Assembly (NCBI RefSeq): GCF_000025505.1
Contig: NC_013849.1
Span: 210,001-242,000 of the forward strand
Length of the DNA stretch: 32,000 bases
Origin: Ferroglobus placidus DSM 10642
GTDB lineage: Archaea > Halobacteriota > Archaeoglobi > Archaeoglobales > Archaeoglobaceae
Direction of reading: 5' to 3'
The notes beneath the pieces are model-generated. The model saw nothing but the letters and a program-made list of their open reading frames with translations, was not told the origin of the DNA and ran no database searches. Below, piece by piece: positions 1 to 9,570 of the stretch. Position numbers and translations under genes: made by a program. Position 1 is the stretch's first letter. Every line of letters begins with the position of its first letter.

Positions 1-355
1 AGTCAGCGTAGCTTTCAGCTTCTTTAGCCTCTTCCACGTTGTCAACCGAAACGCCAACGATCCCGTCAAAAATCTCCTTAATTTTATCCGCCGGCGGATC
101 CTCCTTTCCCACATGAACTCCGTCCGCGTCGCTTAGCATAGCGATATCCAAGCGATCGTTTACGATGAAGATCGCATCGTATTCGTCGCAAAGCTTCCTG
201 ATTTTCCTCGCCACCTCGTAGATTTTTCTTGCCGGCATTCTCTTCTCCCTGAGCTGTATTATCCTCGCTCCAGCTTTTAACGCCATCTCAGCTATTTCCT
301 CGTGCTTCCAGCCGAAATCAGCGGAAGTAATCACATAAAGCCCGCGAATTTTCAC
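1..355 (-). CDS. thiE: Thiamine-phosphate synthase (ThiE-like), C-terminus cut by window edge
   Basis: Manual minus-strand translation from GTG at 355: VKIRGLYVITSADFGWKHEEIAEMALKAGARIIQLREKRMPARKIYEVARKIRKLCDEYDAIFIVNDRLDIAMLSDADGVHVGKEDPP; matches the ThiE motifs IQLREK, VNDRLDIA and DGVHVG. Confidence 0.82.
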   Translation of the reverse strand, partial: MKIRGLYVITSADFGWKHEEIAEMALKAGARIIQLREKRMPARKIYEVARKIRKLCDEYDAIFIVNDRLDIAMLSDADGVHVGKEDPPADKIKEIFDGIVGVSVDNVEEAKEAESYAD

Positions 356-402
356 AGAAAACATTCAGAAACTTTATTTTTAAGGATTGCGGAGAAACTA
401 CT

Positions 403-729
403 ATGAGAGAACTCGCTGCCTTTGAGGCTGGGATAAAGCTCGGAGCCCTCTTCCATCAATTCGTCGGAATTCCGGTAAGTTTCGAGAACGTGGAGCTCGT
501 TGAAAAAACGATGGAAAGCTGCATGAAGCTTCAGCCATACGTGGTTGACGCTGAGGTGAAGATAGACAAGAGGAAGCTTAAAGAAAGGCTCTCATCCTTC
601 AACTACACGTCCCTCGAAGGAGACATGATTTTCGCGAGGGTGAAGGTGAGGGTTGAAAATGATGAAGTTGAAGCCGTGCTCGAGTACGATAAAAAGCTGA
701 AATACCCTCTCATGAGATTGCTCTTATAA
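403..729 (+). CDS. mptD: Archaeal dihydroneopterin aldolase, MptD family
   Basis: 108-aa ORF; FEAGIKLGALFHQFVGIPVS...ESCMKLQPYVVDAEVKID is characteristic of the family. Confidence 0.8.
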   Translation: MRELAAFEAGIKLGALFHQFVGIPVSFENVELVEKTMESCMKLQPYVVDAEVKIDKRKLKERLSSFNYTSLEGDMIFARVKVRVENDEVEAVLEYDKKLKYPLMRLLL

Positions 730-1585
730 ATTCGTCGACCATCCTCTTCGGCGGAAAACTCCTTGCTCCGTAGTGCTGAATGTTGTAGGAAGCTACGAAG
801 TTTCCGAGCTTCAAACACTTCTTAACATCGAGCCCGAGAATTCTCCCGTAAAGAAAGCCAGCGGCAAAAGCGTCTCCAGCTCCAGTAGTGTCGACTGGAG
901 TGACTTCAAGAGCTTTTTCGAAGAACCAGACGCCGTTTGAGTAAGCCTCAGCTCCTTTTTTACCCAATGTAACAACGACAGTCGAGCAGTAATCGAAAAC
1001 TCTCTCTCCGAGCAGCTTAAGTTCGGACTCGGAAAGAATCAAGACGTCGACGTACTTCAAAAGTTCTTTCAACTTCCTCAACCCCATGGAAGCGTAAGGA
1101 TAGCCGGGATTGAGAATAACTTCTATCTTAAACTTCTTAGCCTTTTTCGCCACGTCTAAGTGAAAATCGAGGCTCTTCTCGCTCGGATAGGGATCGAGAT
1201 AAACGTAATCGAGATCGAAGAATTCTTCATCGTCTATCTCAACATCGAGATGAGAGGAAGCGTTGGGATGAACAAAGAAAGTTCTTTCTCCACTTCTATC
1301 TACGAAAACCTCCACTATTCCCGTTTTCCCCTCAACCTCCCAGAGCTTTAAAATCACCCCTACTCTCTCCATGCTTTCCCTGAAAATCTTAGCCTCCTCG
1401 TCTTTGCCGATGGGAGAGTAAAATTTTGTCTTCACGCCGAAGCTTGCAAGTCCGAAAATGACGTTTGCAGCAGCTCCACCGGGCAACTTGAAGCTTTCCT
1501 TCACGATCGCATGTCCTCCCCTTTCGGGATATTCGTCGATTACATTTATTACGTCCACTAAAGCCGGTCCGAAGCCTGCGATCAT
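710..1585 (-). CDS. PfkB/ribokinase-family sugar kinase
   Basis: N-terminal GGAAANVIFGLASFG and C-terminal DTTGAGDAFAAGFLYG PfkB signatures. Confidence 0.9.
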   Translation of the reverse strand: MIAGFGPALVDVINVIDEYPERGGHAIVKESFKLPGGAAANVIFGLASFGVKTKFYSPIGKDEEAKIFRESMERVGVILKLWEVEGKTGIVEVFVDRSGERTFFVHPNASSHLDVEIDDEEFFDLDYVYLDPYPSEKSLDFHLDVAKKAKKFKIEVILNPGYPYASMGLRKLKELLKYVDVLILSESELKLLGERVFDYCSTVVVTLGKKGAEAYSNGVWFFEKALEVTPVDTTGAGDAFAAGFLYGRILGLDVKKCLKLGNFVASYNIQHYGARSFPPKRMVDEFIRAIS

Positions 1586-1630
1586 CGTTAAAACAAAAGC
1601 TTTAAATTGTTAATAAATTATACTGAAGGT

Positions 1631-2929
1631 GTGAAAGTTGCCATAGTCGGTGGTGGAGCTGCTGGCATGAGTGCCGCTTCAAGAATTAAGAGGCTCAACC
1701 CCAAAATGGACGTTCACGTTTTTGAGAAAAGCAATTTCGTGAGCCACGCTCCCTGCGGAATTCCTTTTTTCGTTTCCGGAATTGTCCGAGATGTTGAAGA
1801 GCTTTGTGCATATACTGCAGATTTTTTCAGAGAGGAGAGGAAAATTAACGTTCACTTAAACGCTGAAGTTGTGGACATCGAGTACGGAAAGCTCGAGTAC
1901 GTTGAAAGAGGAAAGAGTAGAACTTACGAATGGGATTACCTTCTCTTTTCCACCGGAGCGTCTCCGATAAAAATTTCGAGTTCGAAAAAAGTTTACTACG
2001 TAAGGTCGATAGAGGACGCTCCTAAGATAAGAGCAGTGGCTGAGAAGTCCGAAAAAATCGTAGTTGTCGGATGCGGTTATATTGGAGTTGAGGTCGTCGA
2101 TGCTTTGACAAATCTCGGAAAGAAAGTCGTCGTCATTGAAAAAGAGTACCCCCTCCCAGATCACGATTTGGAAATTTCTAAACTGTTGTTAAACGAAATG
2201 AGTAAATACGCAGAGGTTAAATCTGAAGAGGCTGTAGAAGAGGTAAGAGAAGTCGGAGAAAAACTGATCGTAGAGACGAGAGAAAATGAATACGAAGCCG
2301 ACATGGTTATCTCCGCTATTGGAGTGAAACCGAACGTGGAGCTGGCAAAGAAGCTTGGAGTAAAGCTTGGAGAGAGCGGAGCGATAAGGACGGACCCCTT
2401 CCTCAGAACGAACGTGGAAAACGTTTACGCAGCCGGAGATTGTGCTGAAACTACGAACATCGTAACCCAAAAACCGGACTGGATACCATTAGCTGCTCCG
2501 GCAAACAAAATGGGGTTTGTAGCTGGAAGCAACATAGCCGGAAAGCGAATGAAATTTCCGGGAGCTTTGAAAAGTCAAATGACCTCTTTTAAAGATTTAG
2601 AAATAGGAAAAACGGGATTAAGCGAAAAGGAGGCTAAAAAACACGGATTCGACGCGATTTCCGTTACGATTACTTCACGAGCTACGGCAAAATATATTCC
2701 CAACGGAGAGCTTACCGTGAAGATGGTCGCTGAAAGAAACGGTAGAGTTCTCGGTGTTCAGGCAATAGGAAAAGGTGTGGCTAAACGGATTTATGCGGCA
2801 GCCTCGTTACTCTACAAAAATGCAAAGGTCGAAGATTTCTTTTTCGTTGACCTCCCCTTCTACCCGCCGAAATCTCCCGTTTGGGATCCGCTGGTTGTAG
2901 CTGCGAGAAAACTCATGAAATCAATTTGA
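1631..2929 (+). CDS. FAD-dependent pyridine nucleotide-disulfide oxidoreductase (CoA-disulfide reductase / NADH oxidase-like)
   Basis: Translation from GTG 1631: VKVAIVGGGAAGMSAASRIKR; active-site-like SNFVSHAPCGIPFFVSG; VVVGCGYIGVEVVDAL; VYAAGDCAET. The ORF opens at 1607, but GTG 1631 is preceded by an SD-like sequence. Confidence 0.88.
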   Translation: MKVAIVGGGAAGMSAASRIKRLNPKMDVHVFEKSNFVSHAPCGIPFFVSGIVRDVEELCAYTADFFREERKINVHLNAEVVDIEYGKLEYVERGKSRTYEWDYLLFSTGASPIKISSSKKVYYVRSIEDAPKIRAVAEKSEKIVVVGCGYIGVEVVDALTNLGKKVVVIEKEYPLPDHDLEISKLLLNEMSKYAEVKSEEAVEEVREVGEKLIVETRENEYEADMVISAIGVKPNVELAKKLGVKLGESGAIRTDPFLRTNVENVYAAGDCAETTNIVTQKPDWIPLAAPANKMGFVAGSNIAGKRMKFPGALKSQMTSFKDLEIGKTGLSEKEAKKHGFDAISVTITSRATAKYIPNGELTVKMVAERNGRVLGVQAIGKGVAKRIYAAASLLYKNAKVEDFFFVDLPFYPPKSPVWDPLVVAARKLMKSI

Positions 2930-3440
2930 TAAGCTTTTCCAAGTGTTCGAGCTCCTTTTTTATCGCCTCGACCGCTTTAGTGTTATCGAGGTACTCCAGC
3001 ATTCCTCCGCACTTCGGACACATGAAGTTGTACTCCATCGCCTCTTCGTAGCTAACTTTGACGCATCCGTTCTTGCAGAGGTAGTAAACGCTCTGGTCTT
3101 CTTCCTTCAGCTTTTCTTCGAGGTTTCTCTTAGTTTTCGTAAGTTCCCTCAGTAAAACTTCCTTTTCCTTATCGTAGTTCAGCTTCCAGAAATACTCGAT
3201 CCAGCCGGTGTCATCATCTTTGACCCTTCTGTAAGAAGCTAAACCTATCTCGTACAGAGCAAAAAGAGCCTTTCTGACTTCGTTTATTTCCACTCCCAAC
3301 TCGTTGGCTATCTGCTCATCTGTGAACTCTTCCTCCAGACCCATGGAATATATAACGAGGCCGATTTCTCCCGCAACTCTTTCGATCAGCTCTGCCAAAA
3401 GCTCGTCTACTTCACTAATCTCTTCCTCTTTTACCTTCAC
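2913..3440 (-). CDS. tfe: Transcription initiation factor E subunit alpha (TFE)
   Basis: 175 aa with N-terminal winged helix and C-terminal zinc ribbon ([30 protein letters not shown]). Confidence 0.9.
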   Translation of the reverse strand: MKVKEEEISEVDELLAELIERVAGEIGLVIYSMGLEEEFTDEQIANELGVEINEVRKALFALYEIGLASYRRVKDDDTGWIEYFWKLNYDKEKEVLLRELTKTKRNLEEKLKEEDQSVYYLCKNGCVKVSYEEAMEYNFMCPKCGGMLEYLDNTKAVEAIKKELEHLEKLIKLIS

Positions 3441-3544
3441 AAAAAATAATTAGAACTTCAACATTTTTTAACTTTACGCAACAAAAGTATATATACTCGC
3501 TAACTCAATTATTCTTGCTGCAGAGAGCGAGCGAGGTGAAAAGA

Positions 3545-4726
3545 ATGAAAGCTCCAAGCGACACAACAAAGTATCTCATTCACGCAGAAATCGTTGCGGA
3601 AGGAGTTGTTGAGCGCCCGGACGTTGTCGGAGCTATATTCGGACAAACCGAAGGATTGCTCGGCGACGATCTGGACCTCAGGGAGCTTCAGAAGACCGGA
3701 AGGATAGGAAGAATAGAAGTGAAAATAGAGAGCAAGTCGGGAAAAAGCTACGGGGAGATAAAAGTGCCGAGCAGCCTTGACAAGATAGAGACGGCAATTC
3801 TCGCAGCCGCTTTGGAAACTATCGAGAGAGTGGGTCCGTGTTCGGCTAAAATCAAAGTTAAGAAAATAGAGGACGTAAGGGCGAGCAAGAGAAAGAAAAT
3901 AATAGAGAGAGCTAAGGAAATCCTGAAGGAGCTGTTCGAAGAGCCTGAGATTGAAAGCGAAAAAATAGTAGAGCTTGTCAGACAAGCGGTGAGGAGCGAG
4001 GAGATAATAGAGTACGGAGAAGAGAAGTTGCCGGCTGGTCCAGCTATTGACGAGAGCGACGCCATAATAGTCGTCGAGGGCAGAGCTGACGTGCTTAACT
4101 TACTCAAGCACGGAATAAAGAACGTCATAGCCGTCAACGGAACAAACATACCGAAGACGATAATCGAGCTAAGTAAAAAGAAGACCGTCACGGCTTTTCT
4201 CGACGGAGACAGAGGAGGAGATCTCATACTCAAAGAACTTCTGCAGGTAGCGGATATCGACTACGTGGCGAGAGCACCAGAGGGAAAGGGCGTGGAAGAC
4301 CTGACGCAGAAGGAAATAATTAAAGCGCTGAGAAATAAAGTTCCGGTTGAGCAAATACTATCGAAGATGGAGAAGAAGGTCGAAGAGAAGGAAACTGCTG
4401 AGAAGGAGGAGAAAGAGAACAAAGAAGAGGAATTTGATCTCATAGCTGCTCTCAGAAAGCACAAGGAGGAAATTGAAGGCAAACTCTTAGCGAGATTCGT
4501 AGACAGCGATATGAACGTCGTGAAGGAGATACCCGTAAGAGACCTCGTGAAAGTGCTGAAGACTAACAACATAAAAGCGAGCGGAATAATATTCGACGGA
4601 GTTATAACGCAGAGAGTTGTTGACATAGCTGCAAAGAAGAACATTAGCTATCTTGTCGGAGTAAGGTTGGGTAGCGTTGTTAAGATTCCGACAAAGCTCA
4701 AAATCATAACCTTTGACGAGCTTTAA
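3545..4726 (+). CDS. dnaG: Archaeal DnaG primase-like (Toprim) protein
   Basis: [49 protein letters not shown]; Toprim [17 protein letters not shown] and [11 protein letters not shown]. Start at ATG 3545 behind GAGGTGA. Confidence 0.95.
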   Translation: MKAPSDTTKYLIHAEIVAEGVVERPDVVGAIFGQTEGLLGDDLDLRELQKTGRIGRIEVKIESKSGKSYGEIKVPSSLDKIETAILAAALETIERVGPCSAKIKVKKIEDVRASKRKKIIERAKEILKELFEEPEIESEKIVELVRQAVRSEEIIEYGEEKLPAGPAIDESDAIIVVEGRADVLNLLKHGIKNVIAVNGTNIPKTIIELSKKKTVTAFLDGDRGGDLILKELLQVADIDYVARAPEGKGVEDLTQKEIIKALRNKVPVEQILSKMEKKVEEKETAEKEEKENKEEEFDLIAALRKHKEEIEGKLLARFVDSDMNVVKEIPVRDLVKVLKTNNIKASGIIFDGVITQRVVDIAAKKNISYLVGVRLGSVVKIPTKLKIITFDEL

Positions 4727-4779
4727 CTTTTATCTTTTTGAAAAAAATTATATAATCCTCCCTCCAACACCTTTTTTTA

Positions 4780-5604
4780 ATGATAGAATTGCTGATAAAG
4801 CACGCTAAGGAAATTGCTAAAGCAGTAGGAGCGAAGAGAATTGTTTTACTTACCGACGAGTACGTTAATCCGGAAAATATAGACGATAACGACGAAATTA
4901 AAATCGTTCTCTCTCCAGAAAAGTACGTCAATGCTGTGAAGAACACGATATCCATGGCTGACTCTTCTGGCTTCTTTGAGAAGGTTCTCGCAACTCCCGG
5001 AATTTCTGAATTCCTCACAAACTACTTGCAAATAATCGGGGAGTTCGGGAAAAGCGTTCTTGTTGTGAGCGTTGGAACGCTTAAAGGGATTATCGTTCTT
5101 GATGCCGAGAGCAAGTTCGAGAGAGTGCTTAAAGAGTGCTCGAAATACGTTGATCCCGAGGTTTTAAGAGCCGTTATAGCTCTCGCAATATCCATCGGAG
5201 CTGAGGGAAGGGAGGGAAGGAAAATTGGGACTGCTTTCATAGTTGGCGACACAGAAGAAGTTCTGAAGAGGTCGAGGCAAATCGTTCTCAATCCGTTTGA
5301 GGGACACGATGAAAGTGTAAGAGACATAAAGAATCCGGAAAACTGGGAAACGATAAAAGAATTCGCTCAAATAGACGGGGTTTTCATCGTGGATGAGAGA
5401 GGAATAATAGTTGCTGCTGGAAGATACTTGAACGTTGAAGGTGATGTGGAGATAAAATCTGGACTCGGAGGAAGGCATTTGGCAGCTGCTTCGATAACCA
5501 AGAACACCAAGGCTATAGCTGTAGTAGTCTCGGAAAGCGGAGGAAACGTGACAGTTTGGAAAGACGGAAAGATTATCCTTGAAATACCTGTTTCGATGAT
5601 GTAA
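4780..5604 (+). CDS. dacZ: Diadenylate cyclase (DisA_N domain; DacZ-type c-di-AMP synthase)
   Basis: C-terminal DisA_N signature: IDGVFIVDERGIIVAAGRYL ... GLGGRHLAAASITKNTKAIAVVVSESGGNVTV. Confidence 0.85.
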   Translation: MIELLIKHAKEIAKAVGAKRIVLLTDEYVNPENIDDNDEIKIVLSPEKYVNAVKNTISMADSSGFFEKVLATPGISEFLTNYLQIIGEFGKSVLVVSVGTLKGIIVLDAESKFERVLKECSKYVDPEVLRAVIALAISIGAEGREGRKIGTAFIVGDTEEVLKRSRQIVLNPFEGHDESVRDIKNPENWETIKEFAQIDGVFIVDERGIIVAAGRYLNVEGDVEIKSGLGGRHLAAASITKNTKAIAVVVSESGGNVTVWKDGKIILEIPVSMM

Positions 5605-6756
5605 ATGCCGAGGATAATTCTTTTTACCGGAAAAGGAGGAGTTGGAAAAACAACTATTGCCTCAGCTACAGCGTTTTTAGCAAGCGACCTCGGATACAAA
5701 ACTCTCGTAATTTCTTCCGACCCAGCACACAGCCTTTCCGACGCTTTTGAAGTGGAGTTGGGATACAAGCCAACGAAGATAGAGGAAAAACTCTACGGAA
5801 TGGAGGTAAACGTTCAGAAGGAGCTTGAGGAGCACTGGGATACGATAAAAAGGTATTTAGCGTTATTCTTTAAAAGTCAGGGGATAGACGATGTTTTAGC
5901 CGAAGAGCTTGCCATATTTCCCGGATTTGATGAGCTTGCGAGCCTTCTGCACCTCATAGAATTCTACGAAAAGTCGGATTTCGACTTGATAGTTCTCGAC
6001 TGCGCTCCAACTGGAGAGACCTTGAGGCTCTTAAGCGTTCCGGAAGTGGCAAAGTGGTACATGAACAGATTTTTCGGCATAGAAAAAAAGCTTCTGAAGA
6101 TAGTGAGACCAATAGCGGAGCCGATAATTGACGTTCCACTCCCGGACGACAACGTTCTCGATAAAGTGCAGGAACTTTACATAAAAATTGGTAAAGTTAA
6201 AAGCGTCCTCGAAAGTGAAGACACGACGATTAGAATAGTCATGAATCCGGAAAAGATGGTAATAAAGGAGAGCGAAAGAGCTTTCACTTACTTGAATCTC
6301 TTCGGCTATAGAGTTGATGCAGTTATCGTCAACAAGTTGTTCCCCGAGAGGAATGAAGAGTTCGTAAAGAACTGGAGAAAAATTCAAGAGAGATACATGG
6401 AAGAAATAAAAGAAAAGTTCGACCTGCCTATTTTGAAAGCCTACTACAGAGAGAGGGAAGTCGTTGGAAAAGATCTCTTGGAATTCGCCAGAGAAATTTA
6501 CGGGGAGAAAGATCCAACGGAGGTTTTCGCGAAAGAAAAGCCGATGAAAATCTACAGCGAAGACGGTTACATGGTTTTGGCTGTGAAAGTACCCTTCGCT
6601 AAGAAAGAGGAATTGAAGCTTTTGAAGAGAGGAGAAGAGCTGATCATTCTGCTTGGACAGTGGAAGAGGTACATCTACCTTCCCCAAAGCTTGGCTTACA
6701 GGGAAGTTAGCAAGGCTAAGCTCGAAGGTGGAGAGTTAAAAGTTTACTTCAGTTAG
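5605..6756 (+). CDS. ArsA/Get3-family ATPase
   Basis: FTGKGGVGKTTIASATAFLASDLGYKTLVISSDPAHSLSDAF; DLIVLDCAPTGETLRLL; ATG immediately follows the TAA stop of the cyclase. Confidence 0.93.
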   Translation: MPRIILFTGKGGVGKTTIASATAFLASDLGYKTLVISSDPAHSLSDAFEVELGYKPTKIEEKLYGMEVNVQKELEEHWDTIKRYLALFFKSQGIDDVLAEELAIFPGFDELASLLHLIEFYEKSDFDLIVLDCAPTGETLRLLSVPEVAKWYMNRFFGIEKKLLKIVRPIAEPIIDVPLPDDNVLDKVQELYIKIGKVKSVLESEDTTIRIVMNPEKMVIKESERAFTYLNLFGYRVDAVIVNKLFPERNEEFVKNWRKIQERYMEEIKEKFDLPILKAYYREREVVGKDLLEFAREIYGEKDPTEVFAKEKPMKIYSEDGYMVLAVKVPFAKKEELKLLKRGEELIILLGQWKRYIYLPQSLAYREVSKAKLEGGELKVYFS

Positions 6757-6787
6757 CTTTTTATTTTCCTTATTCAAAACTAATTTT

Positions 6788-6970
6788 ATGAAAGAAGTTA
6801 AGATAAAAGTGCCTGAGCCAAAGGACTTCATTTCGGAAAAAGCGCTGCTACACTTTATGAACGCTTACAGAGAGTTTCTCCTCGGAATTAAGGAGCTGGT
6901 GGATTTCGCTATAGAGAAGGCTATTGAGGTTGAGAGGAAGGGAGAGGTTAAAAAGATTGAGATAGAATGA
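6788..6970 (+). CDS. Small (60 aa) uncharacterised protein
   Basis: ORF ending in an ATGA overlap with the downstream PrsW-like gene, consistent with translational coupling. Confidence 0.65.
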   Translation: MKEVKIKVPEPKDFISEKALLHFMNAYREFLLGIKELVDFAIEKAIEVERKGEVKKIEIE

Positions 6971-7602
6971 TAGAAATCGTTATTTTTTCAATTTCTCCCG
7001 CCCTCTTCCTCCTCTGGTACTTTTACCACAAAGATAGAATTGAGCCTGAGCCAAAAATTTACGTTTTAGCGGTCTTTTTGTTTGGAGCAACGGTTTCGCC
7101 GCTAATATCTACAATTCTCTCCCTCCCCTTCGCTTTTTCAATTTACGCGCCGGTTTTCATAGCACCGATTTTTGAGGAGGCTTCGAAGCTTTTGGCAGTA
7201 TATATACCTTACAAAAGAGGACAGATGGACGGAGTAATGGACGGAGTTGTTTACGGAGTTGCCGCTGGTCTGGGATTTGCAACAACGGAAAACATAATCT
7301 ATGGTCTGAGTTTCGGAGAAAACGTGGTTTTGCTTAGAGCTATTTTCACTCCAATAGCTCACGCCACGTTTACGGCAGTTTCAGCAGTTGGCTTGGGATT
7401 AATGGCGGAGAAGAAAGTTAATACCGTTCTTCCATTCTTGGTGACTGCAATAGTATTGCATTCTATCTGGAACTTCTTCGCTCTGATATACTTCCCCTTC
7501 AACGCAGTCCTTTTAGTTCTCAACATTCTACTCCTCAGAAAACTCGCGGAGATTGGTTTAAGAGAAGACATGGAAAAAATAGACTACTACCTGTCAAGGT
7601 AA
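6967..7602 (+). CDS. PrsW-family glutamic-type intramembrane protease
   Basis: Multi-TM; [37 protein letters not shown] and [15 protein letters not shown] match PrsW EE and ExxN/H motifs. Confidence 0.85.
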   Translation: MIEIVIFSISPALFLLWYFYHKDRIEPEPKIYVLAVFLFGATVSPLISTILSLPFAFSIYAPVFIAPIFEEASKLLAVYIPYKRGQMDGVMDGVVYGVAAGLGFATTENIIYGLSFGENVVLLRAIFTPIAHATFTAVSAVGLGLMAEKKVNTVLPFLVTAIVLHSIWNFFALIYFPFNAVLLVLNILLLRKLAEIGLREDMEKIDYYLSR

Positions 7603-7634
7603 AAAGTTTTATTCAAGCCCAAAAAATTCTGAGC

Positions 7635-9056
7635 ATGGACGTGAAAATAGGACTGGAAGTGCACGTTCAGCTGAATAAATTAAAGACGAAGCTCTTCTGT
7701 TCATGCTCACTCGATTATCATAAAGACGAGCCGAACACTCATGTTTGTCCGGTATGCCTCGGATTGCCGGGAGCCATGCCAGTTTTGAACGAAGAAGCTG
7801 TAAAAGCAGCTGTAAAAGTTGCCTTAGCTTTAAATGCGGAAGTTCAGCCTGTTACCATATTCGACAGAAAGAACTACTTCTACCCCGATCTTCCCAAAGG
7901 TTTTCAGATAAGCCAGTACGACATGCCCCTCGCCAAAGGTGGATACGTAGTGATAGAAACTGAAAACGGGGAGAAGAGAATAGACCTCAAGAGAATACAC
8001 ATGGAAGAAGATCCGGGCAAGCTCGTTTACAAAGGAAGCATAACCACAGCAAAATACAGCCTGATAGACTACAACAGAAGCGGAGCTCCCTTGCTTGAGA
8101 TCGTCACAGAGCCGGTGATTAGCTCTCCTAAAGAGGCGAGACTTTTCCTAAACAAGCTCAGGATTATTTTGGAGTACTTAGACGTTTTCGACAGCGAGCT
8201 CGAAGGAGCTATGAGAGTTGACGCAAACATAAGCATAGCTGGAGGAGGGAGAGTAGAGATAAAGAACATCTCAAGCTTCAAAGGAGTGGAAAAAGCTCTT
8301 ACTTACGAGATTACGAGGCAAAAGAATTTGCTGAAGAGGGGGATGAAAGTAGAAAGAGAGACGAGACATTTCGATGAAGCGAACAACATAACAGTATCCC
8401 TCAGAAGCAAAGAGGAAGAGCAAGATTACAGATACTTCCCCGAGCCCGATCTCGTTCCAGTTTATACGTCAGAGTTTATCGAGATAGCCAAGGCTGAACT
8501 TCCAGAAATGCCGGAGGAGAAGAGAGAAAGGCTCATGAGAGAATACGGAATCAGCTTGGAGAAGGCGAAAATCCTTGTTCTCGACCCTAAAATGGCTGAT
8601 TACTTCGAGATCGTCGCTAAAGAAGTTGATCCGAAAGTTGCCGCGAGCTGGATAGTCGATGTTTTCAGGGGGGAGCTTAACTATAGAAGCATGAGTTTCA
8701 GAGAAGCTTTCAACGTTTTCAAGCCCGAAGAGTTCGTAAAACTTCTGAAACTCTTTCTTGAGGAAAAAATAACGGAAAAAGGAGTCGTGGAAGTTATAAG
8801 GAAAAAGCTCGACGAAGGGGGAGAGGTGGAAGAAATAATAGAGAAAGAAAAGCTTTACGCGATTCCAAAATCCGAAATTGTGAGACTGTGTAAAGAAGCG
8901 ATAGAAAAGAATCCAAAAGCCGTAGAAGACTACAAAGCCGGCAAAAAACAGGCTGCGAATTTCCTGGTTGGGTACGTGATGAAAGCGACAAGAGGAAGAG
9001 CTGATCCGGCTGAAACCGCGAAAATTATAAGGGAAATGCTTGAGAAACTTACTTGA
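7635..9056 (+). CDS. gatB: Asp-tRNA(Asn)/Glu-tRNA(Gln) amidotransferase subunit B
   Basis: [26 protein letters not shown]...[21 protein letters not shown]; C-terminal YqeY-like domain. Confidence 0.96.
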   Translation: MDVKIGLEVHVQLNKLKTKLFCSCSLDYHKDEPNTHVCPVCLGLPGAMPVLNEEAVKAAVKVALALNAEVQPVTIFDRKNYFYPDLPKGFQISQYDMPLAKGGYVVIETENGEKRIDLKRIHMEEDPGKLVYKGSITTAKYSLIDYNRSGAPLLEIVTEPVISSPKEARLFLNKLRIILEYLDVFDSELEGAMRVDANISIAGGGRVEIKNISSFKGVEKALTYEITRQKNLLKRGMKVERETRHFDEANNITVSLRSKEEEQDYRYFPEPDLVPVYTSEFIEIAKAELPEMPEEKRERLMREYGISLEKAKILVLDPKMADYFEIVAKEVDPKVAASWIVDVFRGELNYRSMSFREAFNVFKPEEFVKLLKLFLEEKITEKGVVEVIRKKLDEGGEVEEIIEKEKLYAIPKSEIVRLCKEAIEKNPKAVEDYKAGKKQAANFLVGYVMKATRGRADPAETAKIIREMLEKLT

Positions 9057-9420
9057 CGATATTTTCCTTTCTCGAAATAAATTTCTCTATCTTTTCAACT
9101 AATTCCATCTTTTTTATGGGCTTTTCAATTATATCCACTGCTCCAGCCTTTAGCATCTCCTTCCCCTTGTGAGGAGCGTAAGCGGTGATGGCTAACACGA
9201 CGGCGTTAGGATCAATGGACTTTATAATTTTCGTCGCCGTAATTCCGTCCATTTTTGGCATGAGAATGTCCATCAAAACGATATCGGGTTTGTGTTTTTT
9301 GTACAACTCTATAGCCTCCTCTCCATTCGTAGCTGTTATGACTTCGTAATACTCGGAGAGCATCATTTTTAGCAGATCAAGTAAGATTAAATCATCGTCA
9401 ACGACCAGCACCTTTCTCAT
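9049..9420 (-). CDS. CheY-like response regulator receiver protein
   Basis: [19 protein letters not shown] ... [23 protein letters not shown] ... [27 protein letters not shown]. Confidence 0.93.
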   Translation of the reverse strand: MRKVLVVDDDLILLDLLKMMLSEYYEVITATNGEEAIELYKKHKPDIVLMDILMPKMDGITATKIIKSIDPNAVVLAITAYAPHKGKEMLKAGAVDIIEKPIKKMELVEKIEKFISRKENIVK

Positions 9421-9570
9421 CAGTGCACCTCCAGTTTTTCATTATTGTGATAGTTATGTTGAAAGTACTTAATCTTTTCGGTAATAGATACTTTTTGACC
9501 CTTTAACAAACGATAATTACTATGAGAATAGTAAGTTTTAATTAGGGTGCAGCGATGAAAAATAAATTAG

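Noticed and set aside
3509-5768. Multiple long antisense ORFs across dnaG and the dacZ-like gene (e.g. 3748..4233, 4261..4644, 5367..5768)
   Set aside because: Overlap confidently assigned genes on the opposite strand; hydrophobic Ser/Phe/Leu-rich translations are typical artefacts of antisense frames of Lys/Glu-rich genes.
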